A stretch of DNA of 64,000 nucleotides from an uncultured Parcubacteria group bacterium (GCA_903944135.1 CAJAQL010000029.1:1487-65486); one strand, 5' to 3'; positions 9,263 to 20,003 are shown, counted from the stretch's first letter. Notes: generated by a model not told the origin, from the sequence alone. Translations and numbers: made by a program.

Positions 9263-9823
9263 ATGCAGAGAAAAATCTGGCTTCTCGTCGGGGCAGTACT
9301 CTTTGCCCTGATTGTTCTTGTGGTTCGTTGCGAACCGCACCCACCAAACTTCGCTCTCGTCGGAGCGTTCGCGCTCTGGGCGGGCGCCTATCTCGGTCGC
9401 CGCGTTGCGCCACTCGTGACCCTGGGAGTCATGCTCCTGGGCGATGCGCTATTCGGCTTCTACGCATGGCAGATCATGGCGGTCGTCTATGCGTGCACGC
9501 TGCTCTATGTCCTTATCGGTCGCCGCGTTGCGCCGAGTCTCGGTTCTCGCAATTGGCTGAGGCGTATCGGTGCACCATTTGCCGGCGTTTGCATCGGCTC
9601 ATCGATGTTCTTCGTTCTCACGAACGGGGCCGTCTGGATGTTCGGCAACATGTATCCGAAGAGCGCCGCGGGTTTTGCGGAGTCTCTCATTGCCGGTCTG
9701 CCTTTCTGGCGGAACGGTTTTCTCGCCGATATGATCGGCACGGCAGGCTTTTTCATCGCTTCCGCGATCCTTGCCGCAATTCTGCGGATCAGGGTGCGGC
9801 GCGCAGAACGGGTCTTGGCCTAA
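9263..9823 (+). CDS. DUF6580-like membrane protein (putative transporter/ECF S-component-like)
   Basis: PHPPNF, about 5 TM helices, FFVLTN..VW..MYP...G......AGLPF. Confidence 0.75.
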   Translation: MQRKIWLLVGAVLFALIVLVVRCEPHPPNFALVGAFALWAGAYLGRRVAPLVTLGVMLLGDALFGFYAWQIMAVVYACTLLYVLIGRRVAPSLGSRNWLRRIGAPFAGVCIGSSMFFVLTNGAVWMFGNMYPKSAAGFAESLIAGLPFWRNGFLADMIGTAGFFIASAILAAILRIRVRRAERVLA

Positions 9824-9939
9824 CTCGCAGTTTACAGTTCCTTGTCGGCGCTCTCCTTGGAGGGCGCCGCATTTTTATAGTTCAATTTTCTGCCATGATC
9901 CGCGGAGGCGGATCATCCGCGCTTTCGAGCGTTTGTTTT

Positions 9940-10007
9940 GTCGTTCCGAGCTTCGCGAGGAATCCCCACGTTGACGAAAAAAGGATTCTTCGCAAGCTCA
10001 GAATGAC
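9940..10007. repeat. Second REP-like family (GTCRTTCYGAGC type), inverted pair
   Basis: GTCGTTCCGAGCTTCGCGAGGAATCC ... GGATTCTTCGCAAGCTCAGAATGAC. Confidence 0.7.
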
Positions 10008-10016
10008 TGTTGATAA

Positions 10017-10934
10017 TCAGTTATTGATAAGGAATTCTTCAACCATCTTTCCCGCCTCTTCCGGTTTCGCGATCCAGCGGATATTTTTATCTTTCCTGAA
10101 CCAGGTCATCTGGCGTTTGGCATAGTGCCACGTGTTATGTTTTATGATGTCGGTCGCTTGTTCAAGCGATATCTTGCCGTCGAGATAATCCACGATCTCG
10201 CGATAGCCGATGGCGTCGAACGCCGCGCAGGTCTTGCCGTATCTCTTTATGAGATTTTCAACTTCGGTGACGATACCATCCTGAAGCATGAGATCGATGC
10301 GACGATCGATCCGCTCGTGGAGGATCTCAGACGGAAGATCAATGCCGATCTTTAGGGCGGAGAACAACGGTTCGTTCTTTTTCCGCTGCGCCGTGAACGG
10401 TTCGCCCGTCAGGATCGCGACCTCGAGCGCGCGAACGATGCGCCGCGGATTTTTCGGATCGACGACATAAGCCGCATCGGGATCAAGATCTACGAGTTTT
10501 TTAAAGACCGCCACGAGTCCATTTTCTGCGATATCCTTTTCGATCGTTGCGCGCAGTTCGGGATCAGCTTTGATCTTCGGAATTTCGAGATTATCCAGGA
10601 CGGCGTCGATATAAAGTCCCGTACCGCCAACGAGGACCGGTAATCTTTTGTTTTTAAGAACATCCTCTATTGCCGCAATGGCGTCGTGCTTGTAGTCCGC
10701 GGCGGTGTATTCATCGTTTGGATCTTTAATATCAAGAAGATGATGGGGGATGTTCTCGCGCTCGGCAATCGGCGACTTCGCGGTTCCGATGTCCATACCG
10801 CGATAGATCTGGCGGGAATCGGCGGAGACGATCTCGCCGTGATATTTTTTTGCGAGCGAGATCGACAATGTCGTCTTGCCGCTTGCCGTCGGACCGACGA
10901 TCGCGATGATCTTTGGTTTTTCTTGGATGTTCAT
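10017..10934 (-). CDS. miaA: tRNA dimethylallyltransferase
   Basis: GPTASGKT, SADSRQIY, VGGTGLY, AIGYRE, YAKRQMTWF. Confidence 0.97.
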   Translation of the reverse strand: MNIQEKPKIIAIVGPTASGKTTLSISLAKKYHGEIVSADSRQIYRGMDIGTAKSPIAERENIPHHLLDIKDPNDEYTAADYKHDAIAAIEDVLKNKRLPVLVGGTGLYIDAVLDNLEIPKIKADPELRATIEKDIAENGLVAVFKKLVDLDPDAAYVVDPKNPRRIVRALEVAILTGEPFTAQRKKNEPLFSALKIGIDLPSEILHERIDRRIDLMLQDGIVTEVENLIKRYGKTCAAFDAIGYREIVDYLDGKISLEQATDIIKHNTWHYAKRQMTWFRKDKNIRWIAKPEEAGKMVEEFLINN

Positions 10935-11036
10935 ATTTTAAATTTACATAACTTATATTTCTCGATCTGAAGCGGGTTGTGGAAAATGTGAACCCAGAGT
11001 CATTGCCACGGGATAACGTTTATAGTATAATAGATT

Positions 11037-11424
11037 TTGGCAATTCAGGCGATTACTCTTCCCGCCTTCGGGCGAGAGGGGAGGAAAGTCCGGACGCTCT
11101 CCCTGCGCAAGCCGGGATAAAAAGGTAGCGGCTAACAGCCGCCATTCATAAGAACAGAGGTGCGAGCAGTGACGTCCCGAGGCGAAAGCCGAGGGAGTAC
11201 CCCATCCCAACGTTGAAGGTATAATTCTGCTATAGGGACAAAAAGGCAGAAGTGAAACGGCAAAATCCTTATCGAGCGCAAGGCCGTGTCCCGCGAAGCT
11301 CCGCAAGGAGCGTAGTGGGAAGTGCTGCATGAACCCGCGAGCAATCAAGGGTCAAGATAAATGATCGCCTCCGTATATCGCGCAAGCGAACTACGTAGAC
11401 AGAATCCGGCTTACCAATTGCCAA
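11037..11424 (+). ncRNA. rnpB: RNase P RNA
   Basis: GAGGAAAGTCCGG and ACAGAATCCGGCTTA conserved blocks; P1 TTGGCAATT/AATTGCCAA; upstream TATAAT. Confidence 0.93.
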
Positions 11425-11454
11425 CAAAAATCCCCGAGAAATCGGGGATTTTTG
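11425..11454 (+). terminator. Terminator after rnpB
   Basis: CAAAAATCCCCGA-GAAA-TCGGGGATTTTTG. Confidence 0.85.
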
Positions 11455-11760
11455 ATTTCAACAGACAGAATTCGCAATACCTCTTGCGAGAAGGAATACC
11501 ATTGAAAAACGGGAATTCATGTCTTGCGTCAAAAAAATTCATCTTTAAGAACAAGACGATAACACTGGAAAAGTGAGGAAAAAACGCACGCACTAATCTA
11601 TTTTGGAATAGGATCAGCCCTACGGCCCGGAGTTCGTAGCGGCAGTTTCGCATAGGGAATTCGACGATCAGGCATTGAAAGTCAGGATCCTTGAGGTGAA
11701 ATCTGATTTCGGGAAAATGGCGGAGATCAAGAAGCTCATCGAGACAAGTCCCGGGCGCTA

Positions 11761-12387
11761 TCAATGATCTGTTTTGATCGCCGCAATGCCGCCCCGCAGG
11801 AAAAGCATGCTTTGATCGGCTATGGCAATGAGTTCATTGGCGGTTTTCTTATTGATCGGATTTTTTCGCGCGTAATCGTAGGCTATCTCGAGAGCCGCGC
11901 GCGACGCCGAAGCCGTTATTGCGGGAATGAGATTATTTTCTTTAACTCCCAGATCCCGGGCGATCTCGCGTTTAAGAAGTGCTTCGATCTGACTGAAATA
12001 GAACTTCTCCCGTGCCTGCAGGGATACTTGGGATATGATGATCTTGCGCCGCAACTGATGGATATATGCATCCTGCCTGGTGAATTGCTGCACTTGCGCA
12101 ATGATCCACGCGTGCAGGACATCAAGCGCGGTATCGGAAGATTTCCGATTCCGAAGCGATGCCTCAAGGTCCCGATCAATGTCCGATATTTCAACGAACA
12201 GAACATCTTCTTTTGATGAGAAATAGGAAAAAAAGGTGCGTGGCGCGATATTCGCGGCTTTGGCGATTTCGGCGACCGTTGCTTTTGCGTAGCCGTTTTT
12301 CTTAAATAGGGCATAGGCACTCTCAATGATCGCTCTGCGGGTGCGGATCTTCTTGTTCTGGCGGGGAGAAACATCCGATGATTTCAT
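11761..12387 (-). CDS. TetR/AcrR family regulator
   Basis: GYAKATVAEIAKAANIAPRTFFSYFSSKEDV HTH; divergent from the oleate hydratase gene. Confidence 0.92.
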   Translation of the reverse strand: MKSSDVSPRQNKKIRTRRAIIESAYALFKKNGYAKATVAEIAKAANIAPRTFFSYFSSKEDVLFVEISDIDRDLEASLRNRKSSDTALDVLHAWIIAQVQQFTRQDAYIHQLRRKIIISQVSLQAREKFYFSQIEALLKREIARDLGVKENNLIPAITASASRAALEIAYDYARKNPINKKTANELIAIADQSMLFLRGGIAAIKTDH

Positions 12388-12408
12388 GCTTGTTACTATA
12401 TCTACTTT

Positions 12409-12440
12409 ATGCACAGAATGCAATTTTGCATCGGTTGCAA
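12409..12440. promoter_or_regulatory. Tandem TGCA-N5-TGCA boxes, probable TetR operators
   Basis: ATGCA-CAGAA-TGCAA and TTGCA-TCGGT-TGCAA in the divergent intergenic region. Confidence 0.55.
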
Positions 12441-12489
12441 TATTTTACTATACTGAGAGCAAGGTTGAAGTATAAATACAATATTAATT

Positions 12490-14094
12490 ATGAAAAAAAT
12501 AGTATCTAGCAAAAAGGGCAATGAAAAGAAAGCGTGGCTTGTGGGGGGCGGCATTGCATCGCTCGCAAGTGCGGCATATCTGATCCGCGACGGGCACATG
12601 TCCGGAAAGAATATCCATATTTTCGAGGAATCGGACAAGCAAGGTGGTGCGCTTGATGCGCAGAATTCACCCGAGAAGGGATATGTCATGCGCGGCGGGC
12701 GGATGTTGGAAGAGCATTATGGCTGCACGTATGACCTTTTGTCGTTCATTCCGTCGCTCGATGATCCGGGGAAAAGCGTGACGGACGAAATCACTATTTT
12801 CAACAAGAAAATAAAAACCTATGCGGAGGCCCGCTTGGTGCGTGACGGAAAGAAACTCGACATGAAATCCCTTGGCTTCAGCGAGGAGGATCGGGTCGAT
12901 TTTATCAAATTGATCGCGACTCAAGAAGATGCGCTCGGTACTGAGCGCATCAATGAATGGTTCAAACCTGCGTTCTTTAAAACGAATTTCTGGTTTTTCT
13001 ACTGTACAACGTTCGCTTTTGAGCCGTGGCACAGTCTAGTGGAATTTCGGCGATACCTTCTCCGCTTTATCCATCTTTTCCCGGGTGACGGCCTACGACA
13101 TCTTACCGGCATCTGGCGTACGCCGAAGAATCAATATGAATCGATCGTTTTACCGCTCGTTGCGTGGCTCAAGAAGAAGGGTGTCGTGTTTGAAATGGGT
13201 TCGCGGGTTGCGGGCCTCGATTTCAAATCGAGAAAAACGGGCAAGCGGGTAATAGGTATTCATTATCTTCGTGACGGAAAACAGGAAAAAGTGACGCTCG
13301 GTAGAAACGACTTCGTATTCGTCACGAACGGTTCAATGACGGCCGATTCGACGTACGGAAGCATGATCTCGGCGCCGGTTCTTCAAGAGAAGAAGACTGA
13401 TGGCGCGTGGAAGTTGTGGGAAAGCATTGCGAAGGAAAGTTCGGAGTTTGGGCGCCCCGAAGTATTTGATACGCACATTGCCGAATCGAAGTGGGAATCG
13501 TTCTCGCTCACATTCAAAAGCCCTCTTTTCTTCGATCTGATGGAGAAGTTTACGAGCAACGAAGCGGGAACAGGAGGATTGGTCACCTTCACGGATTCCA
13601 ACTGGCTCATGTCGATTGTTCTTGCGCATCAGCCGCATTTCAATCATCAACCCAAGGGAATATTCGTAGGTTGGGCTTACGGCCTCTTTCCCGACAAAAT
13701 AGGAAATTATGTGAAGAAAAAAATGTCGGATTGTACCGGCGAAGAGTTTCTCATCGAGCTTTGCCATCATCTGAATTTCGACAGGGATATCCCTGAGATC
13801 GTAAAATCGGCGATTATCATCCCATGCATGATGCCGTATATCACGAGCCAGTTCCTGGTGCGTGCGAAAGGCGATCGGCCGCTCGTCGTGCCGAAGAATT
13901 CGGAAAATCTCGCGTTCATCGGACAATATGCCGAAGTACCGGATGATTGCGTATTCACGGTAGAATATTCCGTGCGCACCGCACAGACCGCGGTGTATTC
14001 CCTCCTTCATCTCGATAAAAATCCGACGCCGATCTATAAAGGGCAGTATGACATCAAGGTTCTTTTTGACTCGTTCAAAACAATGCACGAGTGA
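12490..14094 (+). CDS. ohyA: Oleate hydratase (MCRA family, FAD-dependent)
   Basis: GGGIASL, GGALD, RGGRM, TTFAFEPWHS, NQYES, MMPYITSQF, FTVEYSVRTA. Confidence 0.93.
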   Translation: MKKIVSSKKGNEKKAWLVGGGIASLASAAYLIRDGHMSGKNIHIFEESDKQGGALDAQNSPEKGYVMRGGRMLEEHYGCTYDLLSFIPSLDDPGKSVTDEITIFNKKIKTYAEARLVRDGKKLDMKSLGFSEEDRVDFIKLIATQEDALGTERINEWFKPAFFKTNFWFFYCTTFAFEPWHSLVEFRRYLLRFIHLFPGDGLRHLTGIWRTPKNQYESIVLPLVAWLKKKGVVFEMGSRVAGLDFKSRKTGKRVIGIHYLRDGKQEKVTLGRNDFVFVTNGSMTADSTYGSMISAPVLQEKKTDGAWKLWESIAKESSEFGRPEVFDTHIAESKWESFSLTFKSPLFFDLMEKFTSNEAGTGGLVTFTDSNWLMSIVLAHQPHFNHQPKGIFVGWAYGLFPDKIGNYVKKKMSDCTGEEFLIELCHHLNFDRDIPEIVKSAIIIPCMMPYITSQFLVRAKGDRPLVVPKNSENLAFIGQYAEVPDDCVFTVEYSVRTAQTAVYSLLHLDKNPTPIYKGQYDIKVLFDSFKTMHE

Positions 14095-14173
14095 TCAATG
14101 TGCGGAAGAGGATACGACAGAAAACGATGAGGATTGCATTTGATAAAAATAACGTAATGTTAGAATCAACGTA

Positions 14174-14848
14174 ATGAACACAGAAAATAGTTTCGGTACA
14201 TTTTTGCGCGGGGTCTATGCTTGGATGTTCCTTGGTCTTCTTCTTACCGCCATAACGGCCTTCGCAGTATCGACCAGCCAAAGCTTGGCGCAGATCGTCA
14301 TTGGCAATTCGTTCGTCTTCTACGGTTTAATGGTCGTCGAGCTGATATTGGTATTCGTACTTGCCTCCCGCGTGAAGAATATGTCGCCCTCCGCGGCAAC
14401 ATGTCTATTTTTGCTTTATTCCGTTCTGAACGGTGCAACGTTCGCTTCCATCTTCCTCGCATATACCGGCGCTTCCATCGTTCTCGCCTTTGCGGGAACG
14501 GCAGTGATGTTCGGCGTGGTAAGCCTCTATGGCTCTATCACCAAGAAGGATCTGACCGGCCTCGGTCACTTTATGGGTATGGCACTCATTGGATTGATCG
14601 TGGTTTCCCTTATTGATGTTTTTTTTGCCAGCCAGACGCTGGATTGGATAACCTCCTGGGCGGGCATCATCATCTTTACAGCACTCACGGCATATGATAC
14701 GCAAAAGATGAAACGGCTGTACGGTGGCATTGAATCGGATGCCGACGGACGATCATTGTCGATCATGGGAGCTCTCACGCTGTATCTCGACTTCATCAAT
14801 CTGTTTCTGGACCTGCTCCGCATCTTTGGACGTCAAAGGAGCGATTGA
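14174..14848 (+). CDS. Bax inhibitor-1/YccA family membrane protein
   Basis: 7 TM helices, TAYDTQK, GALTLYLDFINLFL. Confidence 0.92.
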   Translation: MNTENSFGTFLRGVYAWMFLGLLLTAITAFAVSTSQSLAQIVIGNSFVFYGLMVVELILVFVLASRVKNMSPSAATCLFLLYSVLNGATFASIFLAYTGASIVLAFAGTAVMFGVVSLYGSITKKDLTGLGHFMGMALIGLIVVSLIDVFFASQTLDWITSWAGIIIFTALTAYDTQKMKRLYGGIESDADGRSLSIMGALTLYLDFINLFLDLLRIFGRQRSD

Positions 14849-14889
14849 TGGTAAAAGGCCGATAAAATAGTATAAATAAATTTTTAAAT

Positions 14890-15099
14890 ATGGAACAAAT
14901 GGACATTGTTTTGAAATCGATCCGCAGTATGGCATGGACGCTGGCGCTTCAGGGGATCCTTGCGATCATTTTCGGAATTTTGATCTTCATATATCCACTT
15001 CTGTTGAATGCATTTGTCAGTTTTATACTTGTGGTCATCGGCATCATCGGTATCGTCGCGGCAATCAAGATCGGCAAGTACGCAAAGATAAAAGTTTAA
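14890..15099 (+). CDS. Small two-TM membrane protein (DUF308/DUF3096-like)
   Basis: QGILAIIFGILIFIYP hydrophobic hairpin. Confidence 0.7.
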   Translation: MEQMDIVLKSIRSMAWTLALQGILAIIFGILIFIYPLLLNAFVSFILVVIGIIGIVAAIKIGKYAKIKV

Positions 15100-15482
15100 T
15101 ATTGGAACCGCGGAATAAGGGTATCCGATGTTGGCAAGGGGCATCGGACATTTTGTTCGAGCGGTGATCCGGTATTTGTAGGCCATCTCCTCCGGGCAGA
15201 TTCTGATGTTCTCAAGCAAAGCCTTTATAAATCCTAAGGGTGTCACGCTCTTTAAAAAGACGCTGCGCAGCATCTTTTATTAAGATTAAAAAACTGCAGT
15301 TTCTCTCTTGAAACCTTTCTTTACCTCTTGACTGATATATACATAGCAAGTATAACTTAACCATAGTTCTTTCCCACATGAAAACGTGGTTGTAGCCATA
15401 AGACACTGGAAATGTCGGTGCTTTATGGCTATGACCACGGCACGAACAAAGTGGTTCTCTGGCAGAAAAAGGAGATAATGTC

Positions 15483-16148
15483 ATGGGACGAATCACTGTT
15501 GACCAATCCCATCAAGTCATGGCGACGCTCGCCATTAACACAAAATGGGAAGAGATTGACTTCGAGCAGGCGCAGCTTCAAGAGCTCGTCATCCGCAACC
15601 CCAAGGGCGCGGGCGAGCAGTTCGGGGCCTTCCTCAAAAACGGCGGCCGCGTGATGGTGAACGTGCGAGCCTTTCAAGTCTGGAAAACTATCAAACTCGG
15701 CACGCACAAGGACGCAGCGGCGCTCAAGCAGGCAATCGTGGAGAACGGCCTGCAGATGATCGATCGGGCGTCGGACATCATAGGCAAGCCTGCATTCACT
15801 CTGGCAACGGAGGAAACAACGCTTGACCTTGTGAATGTTTCGGTTGCAGACCTCGGTTTCACCAAGGTGGCACTGCTCAATGACGTGGATATCTATGCTC
15901 GGGCAATCGAACTTGGCCTCTCGCTCTGTCCTGCAGAAGTGGGGCCGCAGCTCCGGCGGCAGTATCTCGATCAACCGAAAGGCGAATGGCTCCGTATCGC
16001 AATGAAAGCTATCGCTGATTCGGGCGGCGACATAAACGTCTTCCGCGTCGGACACGATGAGGTTGGGCGTCGTCTCGGCACATATTGGGTTGGCCCCGGT
16101 AGCGTGCAGAATCCCACCTACCGCTTTGTATTCACTCTTCGTAAGTAG
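15483..16148 (+). CDS. Hypothetical protein
   Basis: 221-aa ORF with SD (AAGGAG) and LCPAEVGPQLRRQY motif that I recall from CPR hypothetical proteins. Confidence 0.75.
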   Translation: MGRITVDQSHQVMATLAINTKWEEIDFEQAQLQELVIRNPKGAGEQFGAFLKNGGRVMVNVRAFQVWKTIKLGTHKDAAALKQAIVENGLQMIDRASDIIGKPAFTLATEETTLDLVNVSVADLGFTKVALLNDVDIYARAIELGLSLCPAEVGPQLRRQYLDQPKGEWLRIAMKAIADSGGDINVFRVGHDEVGRRLGTYWVGPGSVQNPTYRFVFTLRK

Positions 16149-16425
16149 TTTCGTACCAGTCCTTAGGACTTCGGGAAGGGGGATTAATCTTCCTTTTCTC
16201 CCTTAGCCCACTGGTCTTCGCGGCGCATTTTTGAGGTTCACTCCTCGGATGCGCCGTTTTTTTGTTTAGACGAAGTTGAAACGCCAAAGGGAGTAAAACA
16301 AAGCTCATGAAAATATTCTACGAGGAGGGGTTAAGGAGTGAAAATATAGGCGGAGAAGCCACTGGTGCGGGATGATCAAAAAAGTTCAATCAAATTAAGG
16401 GTTAGCCCTACCCAAATATTCACAA

Positions 16426-16480
16426 TTGACAGATATTTGTCCCGTTTGGTACACTAGAGATAACTTACCGAACGGTAAGT
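16426..16480 (+). promoter_or_regulatory. Promoter and TetR operator
   Basis: TTGACA (16426), TGgTACACT (-10 at 16450), then perfect inverted repeat ACTTACCG-AA-CGGTAAGT (16463-16480). Confidence 0.75.
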
Positions 16481-16491
16481 AAAACCAAAAT

Positions 16492-17079
16492 ATGGAAGTA
16501 ACCTTAAAACAACCCGAGGATGCCATTCAAGATACCAAGCAATATATCATTGATACGGCCCGCCAGCTTTTCTCCGAATACAGCTATTTGGGAGTTTCGA
16601 TGAGCGATATCGCCAAAAAATTGAATATTACCAAGGCGGCGCTCTATTATCATTTCACCGGAAAAGCGGAGGTCTATGAAAAAGTGCTTGATGATGTTTT
16701 TTATGATTTGGATCTTACCATTGCCCAAGCGTTACGAGAGACGACTATTGATAAAAAACTGCATAAGTTGATTAAAAATTATCTCAATTTTGGTTTCGGA
16801 GAAAAGAATCTTATTAAAGCTTTTCTGCTGAAGTTGCCGCCTGCCGACGCGCAAATAACTAAGGACATAGTCCATTTGAAAGAGCGGCTTGCGCATCGCA
16901 TTCGGCCGATCGTCGAAGAAGTGGTGACAGATAAAAAATGGGTGAAAAAAGTAAATAGCCGGCTGCTGACGTCAATGCTTATGAGTATGATGGATGGCTT
17001 GATTTTGGAATATTCGTTCATCGGCAAAAAAGCAAATTCGGCGAAAGTTGCGAATCAGATCATAGCCGTTTTGTTTTAA
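16492..17079 (+). CDS. TetR/AcrR family regulator
   Basis: VSMSDIAKKLNITKAALYYHFTGK. Confidence 0.93.
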   Translation: MEVTLKQPEDAIQDTKQYIIDTARQLFSEYSYLGVSMSDIAKKLNITKAALYYHFTGKAEVYEKVLDDVFYDLDLTIAQALRETTIDKKLHKLIKNYLNFGFGEKNLIKAFLLKLPPADAQITKDIVHLKERLAHRIRPIVEEVVTDKKWVKKVNSRLLTSMLMSMMDGLILEYSFIGKKANSAKVANQIIAVLF

Positions 17080-17118
17080 AGGTCGAGCAGAACAGAAAAA
17101 ATAATCAATTTAAAAAAT

Positions 17119-18156
17119 ATGGCAGACGCAATAAAAAAAACAACTAATAAGGAAATAAGCATCATACAGAAAAAAGCAGAGTTCTATACGCCAGAAGAAA
17201 AACATTTCGCCCTCATGCCGATGTACGGCGAACCGGTAACGGGGCAATGGTGGTTCCATCAAGCCGTCTTTGACAATGGCTGGACCGTTCAGATCAATTT
17301 TATGATCATGAACTGGATACCCGATGTTTGGCTGGAATTACAAAGTCCGGACGGAGCTGTGACTGTAAAGCATTTCCTCCATGCTCCCGAAGATCTTCGT
17401 TATGTGCCGGAAGTGCATGATATCTCCTTCGGCAAGAGCCGTATTCATGGAAAATGGCCGAACTATGAGATGCACGTTGAAGAAGAGGGCTTTGCGTGCG
17501 ATCTGGCATTTGAAGAAGTTACGCAAAGCGTTTTTATGCCGCCGGACGGAGTCTTTGTCGGCCGGATGCAACCTCCCGCCACCCCGGTTTATCTGGGATA
17601 TGCTGTTCACCCGAGAAGTCTGGTGAGCGGAAAAATGATCGTGGAAGGCAAAGAAATTTCCGTCAAGGGAGAGGGATATCACGATCACCAGTGGCAGAAT
17701 ACCCCTCAGTCTCGCTTTCCAGCTACCCAGTGGCATTGGAGCAGCATTAAAATAAAGGATTATACGCTCATGTGGTGGGATATGACGTGCGCCGAGCTGG
17801 GCTACCAGCATTTCAGTTTTTTGTGGTGTCTGAAGGGCAAAGAGGTCATAGAGTTTGAACCACATTGCAACTATTATGTCGTGCCGAGCGACTTTGAAAT
17901 CGATCCGGTCACCATGTTCCCATGCCAAAAGAAAATACAAGTGTTGTTTGATATGCTCACCATCAAGGGCACGATGACGTACAAAAAGAAAAAAGTGCTT
18001 ATATCCTATCCTTTAGGGTCGCTGAAAGAACAAACCGAAAAGGGAAACCCGAACAGAGTCTACCGGCGTCTTTTGGCAGATCTCCACGTTGACCTTGAAA
18101 TATTGGGAGAAAAGGTAGTCGGAGATTCCGTTGAAATCATTGAGTTCGGCCTTTAG
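17119..18156 (+). CDS. Divergent CrtC/AttH/tocopherol-cyclase-like beta-barrel protein
   Basis: QWWFHQAVFDNG and GEGYHDHQW...WHW motifs parallel to EWWYF...DHQW. Confidence 0.6.
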   Translation: MADAIKKTTNKEISIIQKKAEFYTPEEKHFALMPMYGEPVTGQWWFHQAVFDNGWTVQINFMIMNWIPDVWLELQSPDGAVTVKHFLHAPEDLRYVPEVHDISFGKSRIHGKWPNYEMHVEEEGFACDLAFEEVTQSVFMPPDGVFVGRMQPPATPVYLGYAVHPRSLVSGKMIVEGKEISVKGEGYHDHQWQNTPQSRFPATQWHWSSIKIKDYTLMWWDMTCAELGYQHFSFLWCLKGKEVIEFEPHCNYYVVPSDFEIDPVTMFPCQKKIQVLFDMLTIKGTMTYKKKKVLISYPLGSLKEQTEKGNPNRVYRRLLADLHVDLEILGEKVVGDSVEIIEFGL

Positions 18157-18204
18157 TACAAAGGCAAAATTGACCCATCGCCTGACTATTTGGGTAAAAC
18201 TTAC

Positions 18205-18921
18205 ATGCTCAGTGTTATTATCCCGACTTTTAACGAAGAAAGATTTCTGCCCTGTCTTTTGACGTCCCTTAAAGAGCAGACATTCAATGATTTTGAAGTT
18301 ATTGTGTCCGACAACAATTCAACTGATGCCACGCGTTCAATTGCTTTGAAATCCGGCGCAACGGTGGTCAGGGGTGGATCGCCGGCTCATGGCCGCAATA
18401 ACGGCGCGAAAGTCGCCAAGGGTGAATGGCTGCTCTTTTTGGATGCCGATGTAATCCTGCCGCGTGATTTTCTGGAAATAACTATGGCGGAAATACAAGA
18501 ACATGATTTTTCTGTCGCCACATGTTTAGTTGATCCCCTCAGTGACAGGCGAATTGATAAATTCTTGCACGGAACGGTTAATGTCTACATTCGGGCAACG
18601 AAAGGGTTTTTCCCTCATGCGCCCGGTTTCTGCATCTTCTGCAAGAAAGAAGTTCACGAATCAGTCGGTGGATTTGATGAAAAAATAAAGCTGGCTGAAG
18701 ACCATGATTACGTATTCAGACTAAGCGGGGTTTGTGAGTTCGGCCTATTGAGAGACATTCGCATCCCCGTATCTGTCCGAAGATTGGATAAAGACGGCCG
18801 CTTTATCATTTGCATAAAGTACGTGGCCTGCGAGGCTCACCTCTTTTTCTTAGGGCCGGTTTATTCAGATATTTTTAATTATAAGTTCGGCAATTTTAAT
18901 CAGAATGTTAACCATAAGTAA
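18205..18921 (+). CDS. Glycosyltransferase family 2
   Basis: SVIIPTFNEE, DNNSTD, FLDAD, GGFDE...EDHD. Confidence 0.92.
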   Translation: MLSVIIPTFNEERFLPCLLTSLKEQTFNDFEVIVSDNNSTDATRSIALKSGATVVRGGSPAHGRNNGAKVAKGEWLLFLDADVILPRDFLEITMAEIQEHDFSVATCLVDPLSDRRIDKFLHGTVNVYIRATKGFFPHAPGFCIFCKKEVHESVGGFDEKIKLAEDHDYVFRLSGVCEFGLLRDIRIPVSVRRLDKDGRFIICIKYVACEAHLFFLGPVYSDIFNYKFGNFNQNVNHK

Positions 18922-18931
18922 AAGACGATTC

Positions 18932-19999
18932 ATGCATAGCTACAAACCAATAAAATTTCCCGAGGACGAATCAGCCCATGATTATACGGTTGAGTGGTGG
19001 TATTTCAACGGCCACTTAAAAGATATCCTTGGCAATGAATATTCTTTTATGAAGTGCCTGTTTAAGGTGGACGTCAAGAAAGTAAAAATACCGTTTTTAA
19101 GCAGGGTGCCGCTCAAAACATCATATTTTTCGCATTCCCTCGTTTCCGATATAACGCATAAGAGCTTTTATCATAAGATCACTCCCTTTTCCGTCATCTC
19201 CGACGATAGCTTTTCCAAGCCCCTACTTTTTATAAATTATCTTAACCCGGAGATCAAAAATGGTTATATCAACTGCGTTATCGAAAAGACCGATGGCTCG
19301 ACATATCACATAAAAAACGAGGATATCGATTTGGCATTGATCTCAACCAAAGAACCCTTACTTGAGGGCGGCAATGGATTCCTTGATCTTCGCTCCAAGA
19401 CGACCTATTACTATTCCTTAACCAACCTAAAAACAGAGGGAAGGATAAGAATAAAAAACAGATGGGTGGATGTTACTGGCAAGTCATGGATGGATCATCA
19501 GTGGGCGAATGCAAGCTATTCGAGGGACAAATGGGATTGGTTTTCGGTGCAATTGAATGATCGTACGGAAATAGTTTGTTGTAGATACGACGATGGTAAG
19601 ACAAAAACTTATTTTGCGGATATTTCTTATCCAAACGGCACCCAGGAACACTTTAAAGAAATCGAAATGATTTCTTTTGGGGAATCTTGGACAAGTCCGA
19701 AAAGCAAAGCGGTATATCCGTTGTCGTGGAAAATTAAAATACCCGCAAAAAATATTCAACTGGATTTAACAACAAGAATCGACGATCAGGAAATGCTCTT
19801 CGGCTCAATCAATTATTGGGAAGGGCCACTTCGTGCGGATGGTCGTTTTAATGGGAAAAAAGTAAGCGGAGTTGGCTTTATGGAACTGGTCGGATACTCG
19901 TCCAACTATAGCAACATAAAATATATTAGAGACGAGATGGGGAGAACGGCAAACCGATTTGTCGCAATCGCAAAAAAAGGAATAATCAGGACAGATTAG
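18932..19999 (+). CDS. CrtC/AttH-like lipocalin-fold protein (carotenoid 1,2-hydratase-like)
   Basis: EWWYFNGHL, YYYS, WMDHQW, WDWFSVQL, YWEG, GFMELVGY. Confidence 0.85.
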   Translation: MHSYKPIKFPEDESAHDYTVEWWYFNGHLKDILGNEYSFMKCLFKVDVKKVKIPFLSRVPLKTSYFSHSLVSDITHKSFYHKITPFSVISDDSFSKPLLFINYLNPEIKNGYINCVIEKTDGSTYHIKNEDIDLALISTKEPLLEGGNGFLDLRSKTTYYYSLTNLKTEGRIRIKNRWVDVTGKSWMDHQWANASYSRDKWDWFSVQLNDRTEIVCCRYDDGKTKTYFADISYPNGTQEHFKEIEMISFGESWTSPKSKAVYPLSWKIKIPAKNIQLDLTTRIDDQEMLFGSINYWEGPLRADGRFNGKKVSGVGFMELVGYSSNYSNIKYIRDEMGRTANRFVAIAKKGIIRTD

Positions 20000-20003
20000 A
20001 ACT

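Noticed and set aside
14149-14176. AACGTAATG direct repeat as another ECF promoter
   Set aside because: The would-be -10 overlaps the start codon and the -35 does not match GTTACC
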